Positions 49,118-62,011 of a DNA stretch of 64,000 nt are shown here, one piece after another. The translations under genes were made by a program, and so were the position numbers. The stretch lies in contig VGBT01000007.1 of the NCBI GenBank assembly GCA_016870395.1, forward strand, positions 17,268-81,267. The letters run 5' to 3'. The stretch's first letter is position 1. Each line of letters starts with the position of its first letter. A model generated the notes under the pieces. The model did no database searches. It was not told where the DNA came from and saw only the letters and a program-made list of their open reading frames with translations. The stretch is from Actinomycetota bacterium. Lineage in GTDB: Bacteria; Actinomycetota; Acidimicrobiia; IMCC26256; JAENVU01.

Positions 49118-49668
49118 ACGGCGCGATGAAGGGGGTGCGAGCGGTCGTCACCGGCTCCGCCGGGTTCGTCGGCTCGCATCTCGTCGGTGCACTGGCTGCA
49201 GCCGGTGCGGGCGTCGTCGGTCTCGACCGGCGTTCGGCCGCTCGAGGCGGAGGTGCTCGGACGTGCCGACGTCGTGTTCCATCTCGCCGGGCGCGCCGGG
49301 GTGCGCGACGACGGTCCCGACGTGGAGGCGGCTCGGCGGCGTGACAACGTGCTCGCGCCCAGCACGGTGCTCGCCCTGAATCCGCCGGACCCTCGGCTCC
49401 TGGTCACCTCGTTCTCCTCCGCGTACGGCGGGGTGTGCACCGTCGGCGGCGTGGCGATCCCTTCACGAGAGGACGGTCCGCGCGATCCCCGCTGCGGCTA
49501 CGCACGCTCGAGGGTGCTCGTCGAGGAGCGCTGCCTGGTGCGCCGCGCGCGGGGCGGCGACGTGACCGTCGTCCGCCCGTTCACCGTCACCGGCCCCGGA
49601 CACCCCCCGACGTGGCCGTGAGTCGTTGGCTCCGTGCCGCCCGCACGATGCTCTCATCGCATGCTTGA
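49114..49668 (+). pseudogene. Frameshifted NAD-dependent epimerase/dehydratase
   Basis: Homology is split over three frames: VTGSAGFVGSHL..LDRR; VFHLAGRAGVR..SSAYG..YARSR..RPFTV; PDVAVSRWL. Confidence 0.75.
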
Positions 49669-49754
49669 CGTCGTTGCGCCGGTCGAGGACCACGACTTCC
49701 GCACGCGCATCGCCGAGCTGCCGGGCCACCGCTTCCGGGTCGCACAGGTCCTAG

Positions 49755-51701
<1,947 letters not shown>

Positions 51702-51726
51702 TCCGCGCCGACCGAGCAGCACTGCA

Positions 51727-51756
51727 GAGTGGGGCGCCCGAAGGGGCGCCCCACTC
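51727..51756 (+). terminator. GC-rich hairpin after groEL
   Basis: GAGTGGGGCGCCC-GAAG-GGGCGCCCCACTC, 13-bp perfect stem, no U-tract. Confidence 0.75.
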
Positions 51757-51828
51757 GCGTCCTCGGAACGAATCGGGATCCGGGTCGGAACGTGCCGAGA
51801 ACGGGGAGGCGACCGGTAGCCTGACGTC

Positions 51829-52620
51829 ATGCCGTTCGAGCCAGTCGTGCCGTCCCTGGGCTGGGGGGTGCTCCACCTCTTCTGCCGGGTCGATCGGGAG
51901 CGTGCGGATCGCGAACCGGGGGCTGCGAAGCGAGTGCTGGACGCGATTGCCTCACTCGAGGCCGACGACCACCAGGTCTTGCTCTTCGCCGTCCTGGGGC
52001 ACAAGGCGGATCTGGGCGTCATGGCGCTGGGTCCCGACCTTGCACGCCTCCAGGCGTTCCAGGTCGAGCTGCTCAGCGCGCCGTTCGTCGTCGAGTGGTC
52101 GTACCTGTCGCTCACCGAGGCATCCGAGTACGTGTCGACCGAAGAAGACGAGCGCGCGCGCCTGCGCGACGAGGAGGGCATCCTCGAGCCGGCCGAGATC
52201 GACGCACGGATCGTGGCGTGGAACGAGCGGATGGCGCACTACCGGGAGCAGCGCCTGCACCCGAGGCTGCCGTTGAAGCGCGCCATCTGCTTCTACCCGA
52301 TGTCGAAGCGTCGGACTGGTGACGACAACTGGTACTCGCTGCCGTTCGAGGAGCGGAAGCGGCTGATGGGCGGCCACGCCCGAGTCGGGCGCGGCTACGC
52401 GGGGCGGGTTCTGCAGCTGATCACGGGCTCCACCGGCATCGACGACTGGGAGTGGGGCGTCACCTTGCTCGCGGACGACCCGGTTGCGCTCAAGGAGATC
52501 GTCTACGAGATGCGCTTCGACGAGGTGTCGGCGCGCTACGCGGCATTCGGCCCGTTCGTCACGGGGCTCCTGGGTGAGCCGGCCGACGTGCTGGCGCGAA
52601 TCGGGATCGTGCGCCAATGA
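51829..52620 (+). CDS. chdC: Coproheme decarboxylase (chlorite dismutase family)
   Basis: YLSLTEASEY, CFYPMSK, WYSLPFEER, proximal His in GGHARVG, GSTGIDDWEWGV. Confidence 0.85.
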   Translation: MPFEPVVPSLGWGVLHLFCRVDRERADREPGAAKRVLDAIASLEADDHQVLLFAVLGHKADLGVMALGPDLARLQAFQVELLSAPFVVEWSYLSLTEASEYVSTEEDERARLRDEEGILEPAEIDARIVAWNERMAHYREQRLHPRLPLKRAICFYPMSKRRTGDDNWYSLPFEERKRLMGGHARVGRGYAGRVLQLITGSTGIDDWEWGVTLLADDPVALKEIVYEMRFDEVSARYAAFGPFVTGLLGEPADVLARIGIVRQ

Positions 52621-52880
52621 TCGATGACCCCAACGCGGCGACGAGCGTTCGACTGCACGTGTCGTTCCCCGAGGAGTTGGTGGACCGTCCGATGGTCTAC
52701 GAGATGGTGAAGGCCTACGACGTCGTGCCCAACATCCGTCGGGCGAACGTGGAGGCGCACTCCGGGTGGATCATCCTCGAGCTCGCCGGCGAGCGCGCCC
52801 AGCTCGACGCCGCGATCGCCTACCTCCAAGATGTCGGCTGCACTGTCAACACGATGGAGGGCGACGTCCTGGAAGGATGA
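52617..52880 (+). CDS. Stand-alone NIL domain protein
   Basis: L.FP..LV..PMVYEM...DVVPNIRRANV..GWIILEL.G..AI.YL pattern; ATGA-coupled to chdC. Confidence 0.75.
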   Translation: MIDDPNAATSVRLHVSFPEELVDRPMVYEMVKAYDVVPNIRRANVEAHSGWIILELAGERAQLDAAIAYLQDVGCTVNTMEGDVLEG

Positions 52881-52888
52881 CCCGTCGG

Positions 52889-53170
52889 TCAGGTCGTGTC
52901 GATCGCGCGCCAGAGTGGGAACACGAGGTACTCGACGCCGTCGCGCACTGTGGTGCGCCCGGCGTCGCGCAGCGCCGTCAGGCTCGCGCGGGCTGTCTCG
53001 AAGCCGAGCATCCGCTTGTAGTCCGCGACACCGAGCAGCAGTGAGCCGTCGGAGTCACCGTCGCGGAGGACAGCGTCGACCTCGAGCATGGGCCGTTCGG
53101 GGTCCGTGGGGTCGAGACAGCTGCAGTGGTAGACGACCCGCTCGAACACCGACGAAGCGAGGATGCGCAC
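52889..53170 (-). CDS. Small hypothetical protein
   Basis: 3' part of the 52889-53785 ORF (RILASSVFERVVYHC..YLVFPLWR) reads as protein-like; start at GTG 53170 is inferred. Confidence 0.55.
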   Translation of the reverse strand: MRILASSVFERVVYHCSCLDPTDPERPMLEVDAVLRDGDSDGSLLLGVADYKRMLGFETARASLTALRDAGRTTVRDGVEYLVFPLWRAIDTT

Positions 53171-53176
53171 GCGGCC

Positions 53177-53692
53177 ATGATGGTCGGCATGGGAGCGGGT
53201 TGTGAAGCCGTCGGCGAGGAGGCCCGGGCCCTGCGCGCCCTGGCCGAGGCCGGGGACGCGCTCGTCGCCGGGATCGAACGATCGGTGCCGACCTGGGTCA
53301 CCGCGCAGGTCGAGCGGATCCTCGACGCCTGGGGTCGAGCCAGCCCGGCGGTGTGCCTCGACGCGGAGCGGGCGGCAGCGGCGGCCGGCGTGAGTGCCGC
53401 CCACCGGGTCGCCTCGGAGCTCCGGGCTCTGCTCACTCGCGACCCGGCCGAACAGGCCAGGACCCCGGCCGAGATCGTGCGCAGCGTGGTGCGCGAGCCC
53501 ACGGCGGTGCTCACGGCGGTCGGCGTGCCCCCTGTCGAGCGTGATCCCTTCGACGAGCGTGCCGTCCCGGAGGACCGCTACGACCTCGCTCCCAGGAGCC
53601 TCGCGGACCTCGGTGGGCCGGAGCTGGGCGCTGCGCTGCTCGCCTGGGGAATGGCCAAGGCGGCCGTGCTGCGGGCCCGTCTTGGGGGTTGA
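53177..53692 (+). CDS. Hypothetical helical protein
   Basis: GC-typical codon usage, divergent from the previous ORF; start uncertain. Confidence 0.55.
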   Translation: MMVGMGAGCEAVGEEARALRALAEAGDALVAGIERSVPTWVTAQVERILDAWGRASPAVCLDAERAAAAAGVSAAHRVASELRALLTRDPAEQARTPAEIVRSVVREPTAVLTAVGVPPVERDPFDERAVPEDRYDLAPRSLADLGGPELGAALLAWGMAKAAVLRARLGG

Positions 53693-53788
53693 GGCGGCCC
53701 GGGTTCCGTTCCGAATCCCCGGATCCGGCGAGTCTGCGACGACGAATTTCTCCGGCGCCTTGCGCTTTGGTCGGGCAGCGATCACAAT

Positions 53789-56700
53789 TTGCCCCTTCCT
53801 TACGGGCCGAGTGCCTGGAGATCATCCATGCGCCGCATCCTCGTTCGAAGCACCGAGCGCCCGCGATTCCGACTCAGGCGGGCTACTTTGCCTGCCGAGA
53901 ATCGGCTCCTGGAGCCTCGAGGGCAAGCATCCGACGCGCAGAGCATCGCCGACGCGGCAGTGACCTTGGGCGGCGGCCAGTCGGTCGCGCGTGCCCTGCC
54001 GCCGCCGCAGGTCTACGGGAAGCAGCTGGCGGAGGATCGAGCCGAGCAGCTGCTCGCGGCGTGCGAGGACTCGACCGACCTGGTCGCGCTCACCCGGACG
54101 GGCGCGAGCCTGCAGACTCGCTCGGGTCCGGGGCTGCTGTACCTGAACGCCGCCGGGCGGAGGCTGATCGGCGTCGGCCCCGACGACGACATCAGCGGGG
54201 TGTATCTCGCCGACTTCATCGACGCCCCGTCGAGCGACGTGCTCGAGCACCAGGCGCGTCCGGCGATCCTGTCCGAGGGTCGGTGGTCCGGCGAGCTGAC
54301 GGCGGTGATGTCAGACGGCCGGAGGCTGCCGATGTCTGTCGCGGTCACGCGCCACGCCGGCTGTGCCGGGGAGCCGTCGTTTCTCTCCATCGTGGCCCGT
54401 GACTTGAGCGCGCTGGTCAACGCCCAGGAGCGGCTCATCGAAAGCGAGGCATGGTTCCGTTCTCTCGTGCAGAACTCCAGCGAGGTCGTGGTGGTCTGGG
54501 ACTCCGAGCTGCTGGTCAAGTACGCGAGCCTGTCGGTGGAGCGCATCCTCGGTCATCAGGTCGAGGGGCTGCTCGGTCGGCGCCTTGACGAACACGAACT
54601 TGGAGCGGCCGTCGGCGATCTCGCTCACCCCGAGGACGCCGAGGAGGTGCGGGTATGGTTCCGTGAGCTGCTCGACGGTCAATCGGTGTCCCCGCTTGTG
54701 CACCGGTTGCGCCATGCCGACGGCTCGTGGCGCATCTTCGAGTCGGTGGGCACGGCCCTGCTTGACGATCCTGTGGTGCAGGGGATCGTCGTCAACTCGC
54801 GTGATATCACCGATTCGCAAGCGGCGAAGGAAGCGCGCGCCCGCTCGGAGAATGTCCTGTGGGGAATCGTGCACGGGGCGCCGGTGGCGATCGCGGTGCT
54901 CGACAGTACTGGGCTGGTCGAGACGTGGAACGAGGCCGCGGTGAAGATGTTCGGTTGGTCGGAGGCGGAAGTCCTCGGGCGTGCCTTGCCGAGCGTCCCC
55001 GAGGAGCCCGATGCTCATCGAGAGTTCAACGCCCTGGTCGCAGCGGTGATGCGGGGTGAGACGATCAGGGATCTCGAGCTCCGTCGCCGTCACCGCGACG
55101 GACACATGCTCGACGTCGAGGCGTCGATCTCTCCGCTGCGCGACGCCGAGGGACGTGTCACGCGGATCCTCTCGATCGCGACGGACGTCACAGCAAAGAA
55201 GGAGGCCGAGCGCGTTCGACTCGAGGCCGAGGCCGAGGTGCGGGCAAGCGAGGAGCGCTTCCGTTCGCTGGTGGCGAACCTCAGCGACGCAATAACGATC
55301 CTCGGCGCCGATGGGATGGTTCTATACGCGAGCCCGTCCGCGACCGACATGCTCGGCTACGGCAGCGGCGTCGAGGTGGGCTCGGATCCGCTCGCCTTCG
55401 TGCATCCGGACGATCGCGAGATGGTGGCGGAGGTCTTGGCGCAGGCGTTCACCGAGCCCGGCGTGCAGGGTCCGATCACGCTGCGCGTCCTCGCGTCCGA
55501 CGGGTCATGGAGATATCTCGAGGCGCTCGGCAACAACCTTCTCGCCGATCCGATCATCGCCGGGCTGCTCGTCTCCGCACGCGACGTCACCCGGCGCGTC
55601 GTCGCCGAGGAGGCGCTGCGGCAGTCGGACGAGCGGCTCCGGGCGCTGGTGGCGAACCTCTCCGAGGTGGTGACCGTAATCGGCGCCGACGGGCGGCTCG
55701 TCTACACCAGCCCGGCGGCAACGAACCTGTTCGGCTTCAGCGACGGAGACGACTCCTGGACCGATCCGCTTTCTAAGGTGCATCCCGACGACGCCGAGCG
55801 GGTGTTGAGGGAGTTCGCCGACCAGCGGGCCGGCGATCGCTCGTCCCCGGTCGAGTTCCGCATTCGGGTGGCGGACGAGACGTATCGCCACGTTAGCTCG
55901 ATCACCGCAGACATGACCGATGTCCCGGGTGTCGGTGGACTTGTCGTGACCACCCGTGACATCTCGGATCGTGTCCGGGCCGAGTCCCTCGTGGGCGCCC
56001 AGGCCCAGGTGCTGACGCTCATCGCCGAGGGCGCGCCGCTAGGAGAGACGCTCGCCACGATGTGTGAGGTCGTGGAGTCCCAGGTCCTTGGATCGTGGTG
56101 CTCGATCATGCTTCTCGACGCTGAGGCCGGCGTTCTGCGGCGCGCTGCCGGCCCGAACGTTCCGCCTGTCATGCGCGAGGTCACCGAGGTGCCGGTAGGT
56201 CCCGAGAGCGTGGCGTGCGGTCGCGCTGCGTTCTGCAACGAACTCGTTGTTGTCCCGGACATCATGACCGATCCACGCCACGAGCCCGTGCGCGGCCTCG
56301 CAGGCGAGGCCGGGATCCGTGCCATCTGGTCGATGCCCGTGCTGGCGTCGAATGGAGATGCGGTCCTCGGTACCTTCGCCGTGTACTTCGGTGAGGTCGG
56401 TGGGCCGTCGTCGAGGGACTGCGAGGTCGTGGAGATGATTGCCCGCCTCGTGGCGATTGCGCTCGAGCGCAAGAAGGCGGAGGAACGACTCGCATACGAT
56501 GCGCAGCACGACCACCTCACCGGGTTGCCCAACCGGGCGCTGTTCGTGGAGTTCCTCACGCTGGCTCAGGCCCGGGCGCGCCGCCGCGGCACAGGAGTCG
56601 CGGTGCTCTTCCTCGACCTCGACCGGTTCAAGAACGTGAACGACAGCCTCGGACACGACGCCGGCGACGCGTTGCTCGTCAAGCTGGGCGACCGGCTGCG

Positions 56701-57811
56701 CGCCGTGCTGCGCCCCGGTGACACTGTGGCGCGCTTCGGTGGCGACGAGTTCACCGTGCTCTGCGACGATCTCACGATCGAGGACCCGCGCGCCGAGGTC
56801 ACCGAGGTCGCGAGCCGGCTGCTCGAGGTGATCGAGCGTCCCATCGAGATCCACGGCGAGGAGGTGTACCTCTCCGCGAGCATCGGCATCGCGATCGCGG
56901 GTCCCGGTGACCGGTCCGACGAGCTGCTACGCGACGCGGATGCCGCGATGTACCGGGCCAAGGAGCTGGGCAAGGGGCGCTGGGAGGTCTTCGACGAGAA
57001 GATGCGGTCGCACTTGCTGCGCCAGCTCGAGACCGAGAACGCCCTGCATCATGCGCTCAAGAACGACGAGCTGCGGCTGCACTTCCAGCCCATTGTCGAC
57101 ATCGTCTCGGGCTCGTGGATCGGCGCGGAGGCGCTCGTTCGCTGGCAGCATCCCGTGCGTGGGCTCATCGGCCCGGTCGAGTTCATCGGCCTGGCCGAGG
57201 AGACCGGGCTCATCGGCCAGGTCGGCGAGTGGGTGCTCGACCAGGCGTGCGCTGCGATCAACCGCTGGAAGGTCGAGCTCGGGCTCACCAGCCAGTTCAC
57301 AGTCTCGGTGAACCTCTCGGCCCGTCAGGTCGCGCGGGGAGATCTCCTGGCGCGGGTCGCGGGCGCCCTCGAACGAACGGGCGCGTCCGCCGAGATGCTG
57401 TGTCTCGAGATCACCGAGTCCGTGCTGATGCAGGTGGCGTCCGTGGAGACGTTGCGGGAGCTGAAGGCGCTCGGCGTCCGGATCAGCATCGACGACTTCG
57501 GGACCGGCTACTCGTCGCTTGGGTACCTCAAGCGGTTCCCGGTCGATGTGGTGAAGGTGGACCGCTCGTTCGTCGACGGCCTGGGTGCCGACCCGGAGGA
57601 CTCCGCGATCGTCGCGGCCGTGGTGAGCCTCGGACAGGCGCTGGGGCTCCGGGTGGTCGCCGAGGGCGTGGAGACCGACAGCCAGCTCGGCGAGCTCGCC
57701 CGGCTCGGCTGTGACTACGCCCAGGGCTTCCTGTTCTCGGTCGCGGTGCCGGAGGCCGACTTCGAGAGCGGGCTGCGCAGCCGCGGAGGCCGCTGGCGCT
57801 CCGCCATTTAA
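53789..57811 (+). CDS. 5xPAS-GAF-GGDEF-EAL diguanylate cyclase/phosphodiesterase
   Basis: Five PAS/PAC repeats ending in RD(L/I/V)(S/T) or TDVT, GAF (WSMPV..GTFAVY), HDHLTGLPNR, RFGGDEF, AEALVRW, EITES, DDFGTGYSSL, EGVE; true start may be further downstream. Confidence 0.93.
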   Translation: MPLPYGPSAWRSSMRRILVRSTERPRFRLRRATLPAENRLLEPRGQASDAQSIADAAVTLGGGQSVARALPPPQVYGKQLAEDRAEQLLAACEDSTDLVALTRTGASLQTRSGPGLLYLNAAGRRLIGVGPDDDISGVYLADFIDAPSSDVLEHQARPAILSEGRWSGELTAVMSDGRRLPMSVAVTRHAGCAGEPSFLSIVARDLSALVNAQERLIESEAWFRSLVQNSSEVVVVWDSELLVKYASLSVERILGHQVEGLLGRRLDEHELGAAVGDLAHPEDAEEVRVWFRELLDGQSVSPLVHRLRHADGSWRIFESVGTALLDDPVVQGIVVNSRDITDSQAAKEARARSENVLWGIVHGAPVAIAVLDSTGLVETWNEAAVKMFGWSEAEVLGRALPSVPEEPDAHREFNALVAAVMRGETIRDLELRRRHRDGHMLDVEASISPLRDAEGRVTRILSIATDVTAKKEAERVRLEAEAEVRASEERFRSLVANLSDAITILGADGMVLYASPSATDMLGYGSGVEVGSDPLAFVHPDDREMVAEVLAQAFTEPGVQGPITLRVLASDGSWRYLEALGNNLLADPIIAGLLVSARDVTRRVVAEEALRQSDERLRALVANLSEVVTVIGADGRLVYTSPAATNLFGFSDGDDSWTDPLSKVHPDDAERVLREFADQRAGDRSSPVEFRIRVADETYRHVSSITADMTDVPGVGGLVVTTRDISDRVRAESLVGAQAQVLTLIAEGAPLGETLATMCEVVESQVLGSWCSIMLLDAEAGVLRRAAGPNVPPVMREVTEVPVGPESVACGRAAFCNELVVVPDIMTDPRHEPVRGLAGEAGIRAIWSMPVLASNGDAVLGTFAVYFGEVGGPSSRDCEVVEMIARLVAIALERKKAEERLAYDAQHDHLTGLPNRALFVEFLTLAQARARRRGTGVAVLFLDLDRFKNVNDSLGHDAGDALLVKLGDRLRAVLRPGDTVARFGGDEFTVLCDDLTIEDPRAEVTEVASRLLEVIERPIEIHGEEVYLSASIGIAIAGPGDRSDELLRDADAAMYRAKELGKGRWEVFDEKMRSHLLRQLETENALHHALKNDELRLHFQPIVDIVSGSWIGAEALVRWQHPVRGLIGPVEFIGLAEETGLIGQVGEWVLDQACAAINRWKVELGLTSQFTVSVNLSARQVARGDLLARVAGALERTGASAEMLCLEITESVLMQVASVETLRELKALGVRISIDDFGTGYSSLGYLKRFPVDVVKVDRSFVDGLGADPEDSAIVAAVVSLGQALGLRVVAEGVETDSQLGELARLGCDYAQGFLFSVAVPEADFESGLRSRGGRWRSAI

Positions 57812-57845
57812 CCCAGCCGAAACACTGGCGCCATTCCCGGGAAAC
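57808..57845 (+). promoter_or_regulatory. GlnR box upstream of amtB
   Basis: TTAAC-n6-GAAAC-n6-GCCAT-n6-GAAAC fits the gTnAc-n6-GaAAc tandem GlnR pattern. Confidence 0.75.
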
Positions 57846-57883
57846 CTCGGGTCCTCACAATCCCGTCATCAACTGACGGGGAG

Positions 57884-59552
<1,669 letters not shown>

Positions 59553-59588
59553 CCTACTCGAGACAGCCCCCCGGGAGCACGTGACGTC

Positions 59589-61964
59589 GTGACGGCCGCG
59601 CTCCCGGGCGGCACGCTGCGGGCGCGCCGGGTCTCCCTTGTCGGGGACCCGGCGCTTCGCGCGGCCGCCTTCGGGCGCGCGCTCACCGCACTCGTCGACG
59701 AAGCGCTTTGCGAGCTCACCGCCGACCTCGGCGCCGAGCGGCTCGCGGTCCTCGCGCTCGGCTCCTACGCGCGCGAGGAGCTGTGTCCGGGTTCGGACGT
59801 CGACGTCATGTTGCTCCACGACGGTCGCCAGGACGTCAGCGCCGTCGCCGACGCGCTCTGGTATCCGCTGTGGGACGCCGGCTTCGTCCTCGGGCACGCG
59901 GTCCGCACCCCGAAGGAGACCCTGCGCCTCGCCGATCGAGATCTCGACACCTTGACGGCGCTCCTCGACGCGCGCGTCGTATGCGGCGGGCTTGCCGGCG
60001 AGGCCGCGCGTCTCGTCGGCCGGGCGCGAGAGCTAGCCCAACGCCGGCGTGAGCCGCTGCTCGCGCGACTGCGGGACGCCGCGGTGCTGCGCCGACTCCG
60101 GCCCGGACCCGTCGCGGAGATTCTCGAGCCAAACCTGAAGGACGGTGCCGGGGGCCTGCGCGACCTGCACGCACTCGGCTGGGCCGGATGGGCGCTCGGA
60201 GCTCCTGGCGGGCTCGCGACCCTCGTGGCCCGAGGGTACCTGCAGCCGCCTGACCTCACGGCCCTCGGACACGCGCGCGCCCAGCTGCTCGACGTGCGGG
60301 TCGCGCTGCATCGCGCCACCGGCGCGCGCACCGACGTGCTCGCGCTCCAGGACCAGGATGCCGTTGCCGCCGCGGTCGGTGCGTGCGACGCCGACGCGCT
60401 CGTTCGGGACCTCGCAGCGGCCACGCGCCGCCTGGCGTGGATCGCGACCGACGTCTGGGACCGGCTCGCCGCCTCCTCACGGGGTCCGGGGGGTCGTGGT
60501 GGCGGAGGCGATCGAGTGCTGGCCGACGGGGTCGTCGAGCGCGACCGGCGCATCGCCGTGGCCGGTGACGCGGTGCTCGACGGGTCGCTGGTGTTGCGTG
60601 CCGCCGCGGTCGCCGCCCGCACGGAACTCCCGTTCGACCGCACCTCGCTCACGCGCCTCGGCCAGGCCGGCGTCCCCCGCTGGACCGCCGCCGATCGGAT
60701 CGCGTTCCTCGATCTGCTGCGGGCCGGACACCGCGCGGTGCCTGTCTTCGAGGCGCTCGACCACGAAGGCGCGCTCGAGCGGATCCTACCGGAGTGGCCG
60801 CAGGTACGGTCGTTGCCTCAGCGCAACGCCTACCACCGCTTCACCGTGGACCGGCATCTCCTCGAGACCGTTGCCGAGGCTGCCGCGCTGCTCGACGACC
60901 CGTCCGGGCCCGACGCGGCCCCTGCCGCCGACTGCGAGCGTCCCGACGTGCTGCTGCTCGGCGCGCTGCTCCACGACGTCGGCAAGGGCCGACCGGGCGA
61001 CCATGCCGAGATCGGCGCCCGCACCGCCGAGGCGCTGGCCGCGCGGATCGGCCTCGACGCGCCCGGGGCGGCTGCCCTCGCGTGGCTCGTACGAGACCAC
61101 CTCCTCATGGCCGACACCGCGAGTCGGCGCGACCTCGGCGACCCGGTGACCATCGCCCGGTTCGCGACTCGGGTGAGCGATCTCGAGCGGCTGCGCCTGC
61201 TCACGCTGCTCACCGTCGCGGACTCCCGCGCCACCGGCCCCGCCGCGTGGGGACCGGGCAAGGCCGCGCTCGTGCGTGAGTGCTACGAGCGCACGGCGCG
61301 GTGGCTCGTGGGCGAGGTGGAGCGCGCGATGCCCGAGCTCGTCGAGGTGCCACCCGAGCTGGTCGGCGCGACCGGGGTGGCGGTGCACTGGGAGGCCCTT
61401 GAGGGGGGTCTGCTGCGCTGCACGGTCGCCGCGCCCGACCGTCCCGGGCTGCTCGCCGGCGTCGCCGGTGCGCTCACCATCGAGGGATTCGACGTCTCGA
61501 GCGCGGCCGGTCATGCGACGGGCGACGGGCGAGCGGTCGAGGTCTTCACCGGCACGGATCGCTTCGATCGCCTGAGCGATCCGCAGAGACGCGAGCGGGC
61601 GTCCGAGACGGTGCGAGCGGTGCTCGAGGGGACGGTCCCGCTCGCCGACCGGCTTCACGCCTGGATCGCCCGCTACGGCCGGGGCAGCTCGCCACCCGCC
61701 CCGGCGCGCGTCGAGGTCGCGCTCGACGAGTCGGAGGACGCGACCGTTATCGAGGTCTTCGCCCCCGACGGCGTGGGCTTGCTCGCGCGGGTGGCCCGGG
61801 TCTTCGCCGAGCAGGGATTCGACGTCTCGGTGGCGAAGGTGGCCACGACGGGGACCATGGCGGTAGACGTGTTCTACGTACGCGACCAGGCCGGCAAGGT
61901 CACCGATGCCGATCGGCTGGAACGGTTGGGCGAGGCCCTCCTCGACTCGCTCGCGGTCGGCTGA
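59589..61964 (+). CDS. glnD: P-II nucleotidyltransferase GlnD
   Basis: ALGSYAREELCPGSDVD, PNLKDGAGGLRD, HRFTVDRH, LLHDVGKG HD domain, two ACT domains (DRPGLL, DGVGLL..VDVFYV). Confidence 0.93.
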   Translation: MTAALPGGTLRARRVSLVGDPALRAAAFGRALTALVDEALCELTADLGAERLAVLALGSYAREELCPGSDVDVMLLHDGRQDVSAVADALWYPLWDAGFVLGHAVRTPKETLRLADRDLDTLTALLDARVVCGGLAGEAARLVGRARELAQRRREPLLARLRDAAVLRRLRPGPVAEILEPNLKDGAGGLRDLHALGWAGWALGAPGGLATLVARGYLQPPDLTALGHARAQLLDVRVALHRATGARTDVLALQDQDAVAAAVGACDADALVRDLAAATRRLAWIATDVWDRLAASSRGPGGRGGGGDRVLADGVVERDRRIAVAGDAVLDGSLVLRAAAVAARTELPFDRTSLTRLGQAGVPRWTAADRIAFLDLLRAGHRAVPVFEALDHEGALERILPEWPQVRSLPQRNAYHRFTVDRHLLETVAEAAALLDDPSGPDAAPAADCERPDVLLLGALLHDVGKGRPGDHAEIGARTAEALAARIGLDAPGAAALAWLVRDHLLMADTASRRDLGDPVTIARFATRVSDLERLRLLTLLTVADSRATGPAAWGPGKAALVRECYERTARWLVGEVERAMPELVEVPPELVGATGVAVHWEALEGGLLRCTVAAPDRPGLLAGVAGALTIEGFDVSSAAGHATGDGRAVEVFTGTDRFDRLSDPQRRERASETVRAVLEGTVPLADRLHAWIARYGRGSSPPAPARVEVALDESEDATVIEVFAPDGVGLLARVARVFAEQGFDVSVAKVATTGTMAVDVFYVRDQAGKVTDADRLERLGEALLDSLAVG

Positions 61965-62011
61965 CGCCCGGGCGGGTCCGGTCGGGTCCATCTTGCGAAT
62001 AGGGTCGTCGG

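Noticed and set aside
53693-53830. Possible c-di-GMP riboswitch or Crp site upstream of the GGDEF-EAL gene
   Set aside because: No GEMM consensus blocks seen; only one Crp half-site (TCACA) with a poor partner
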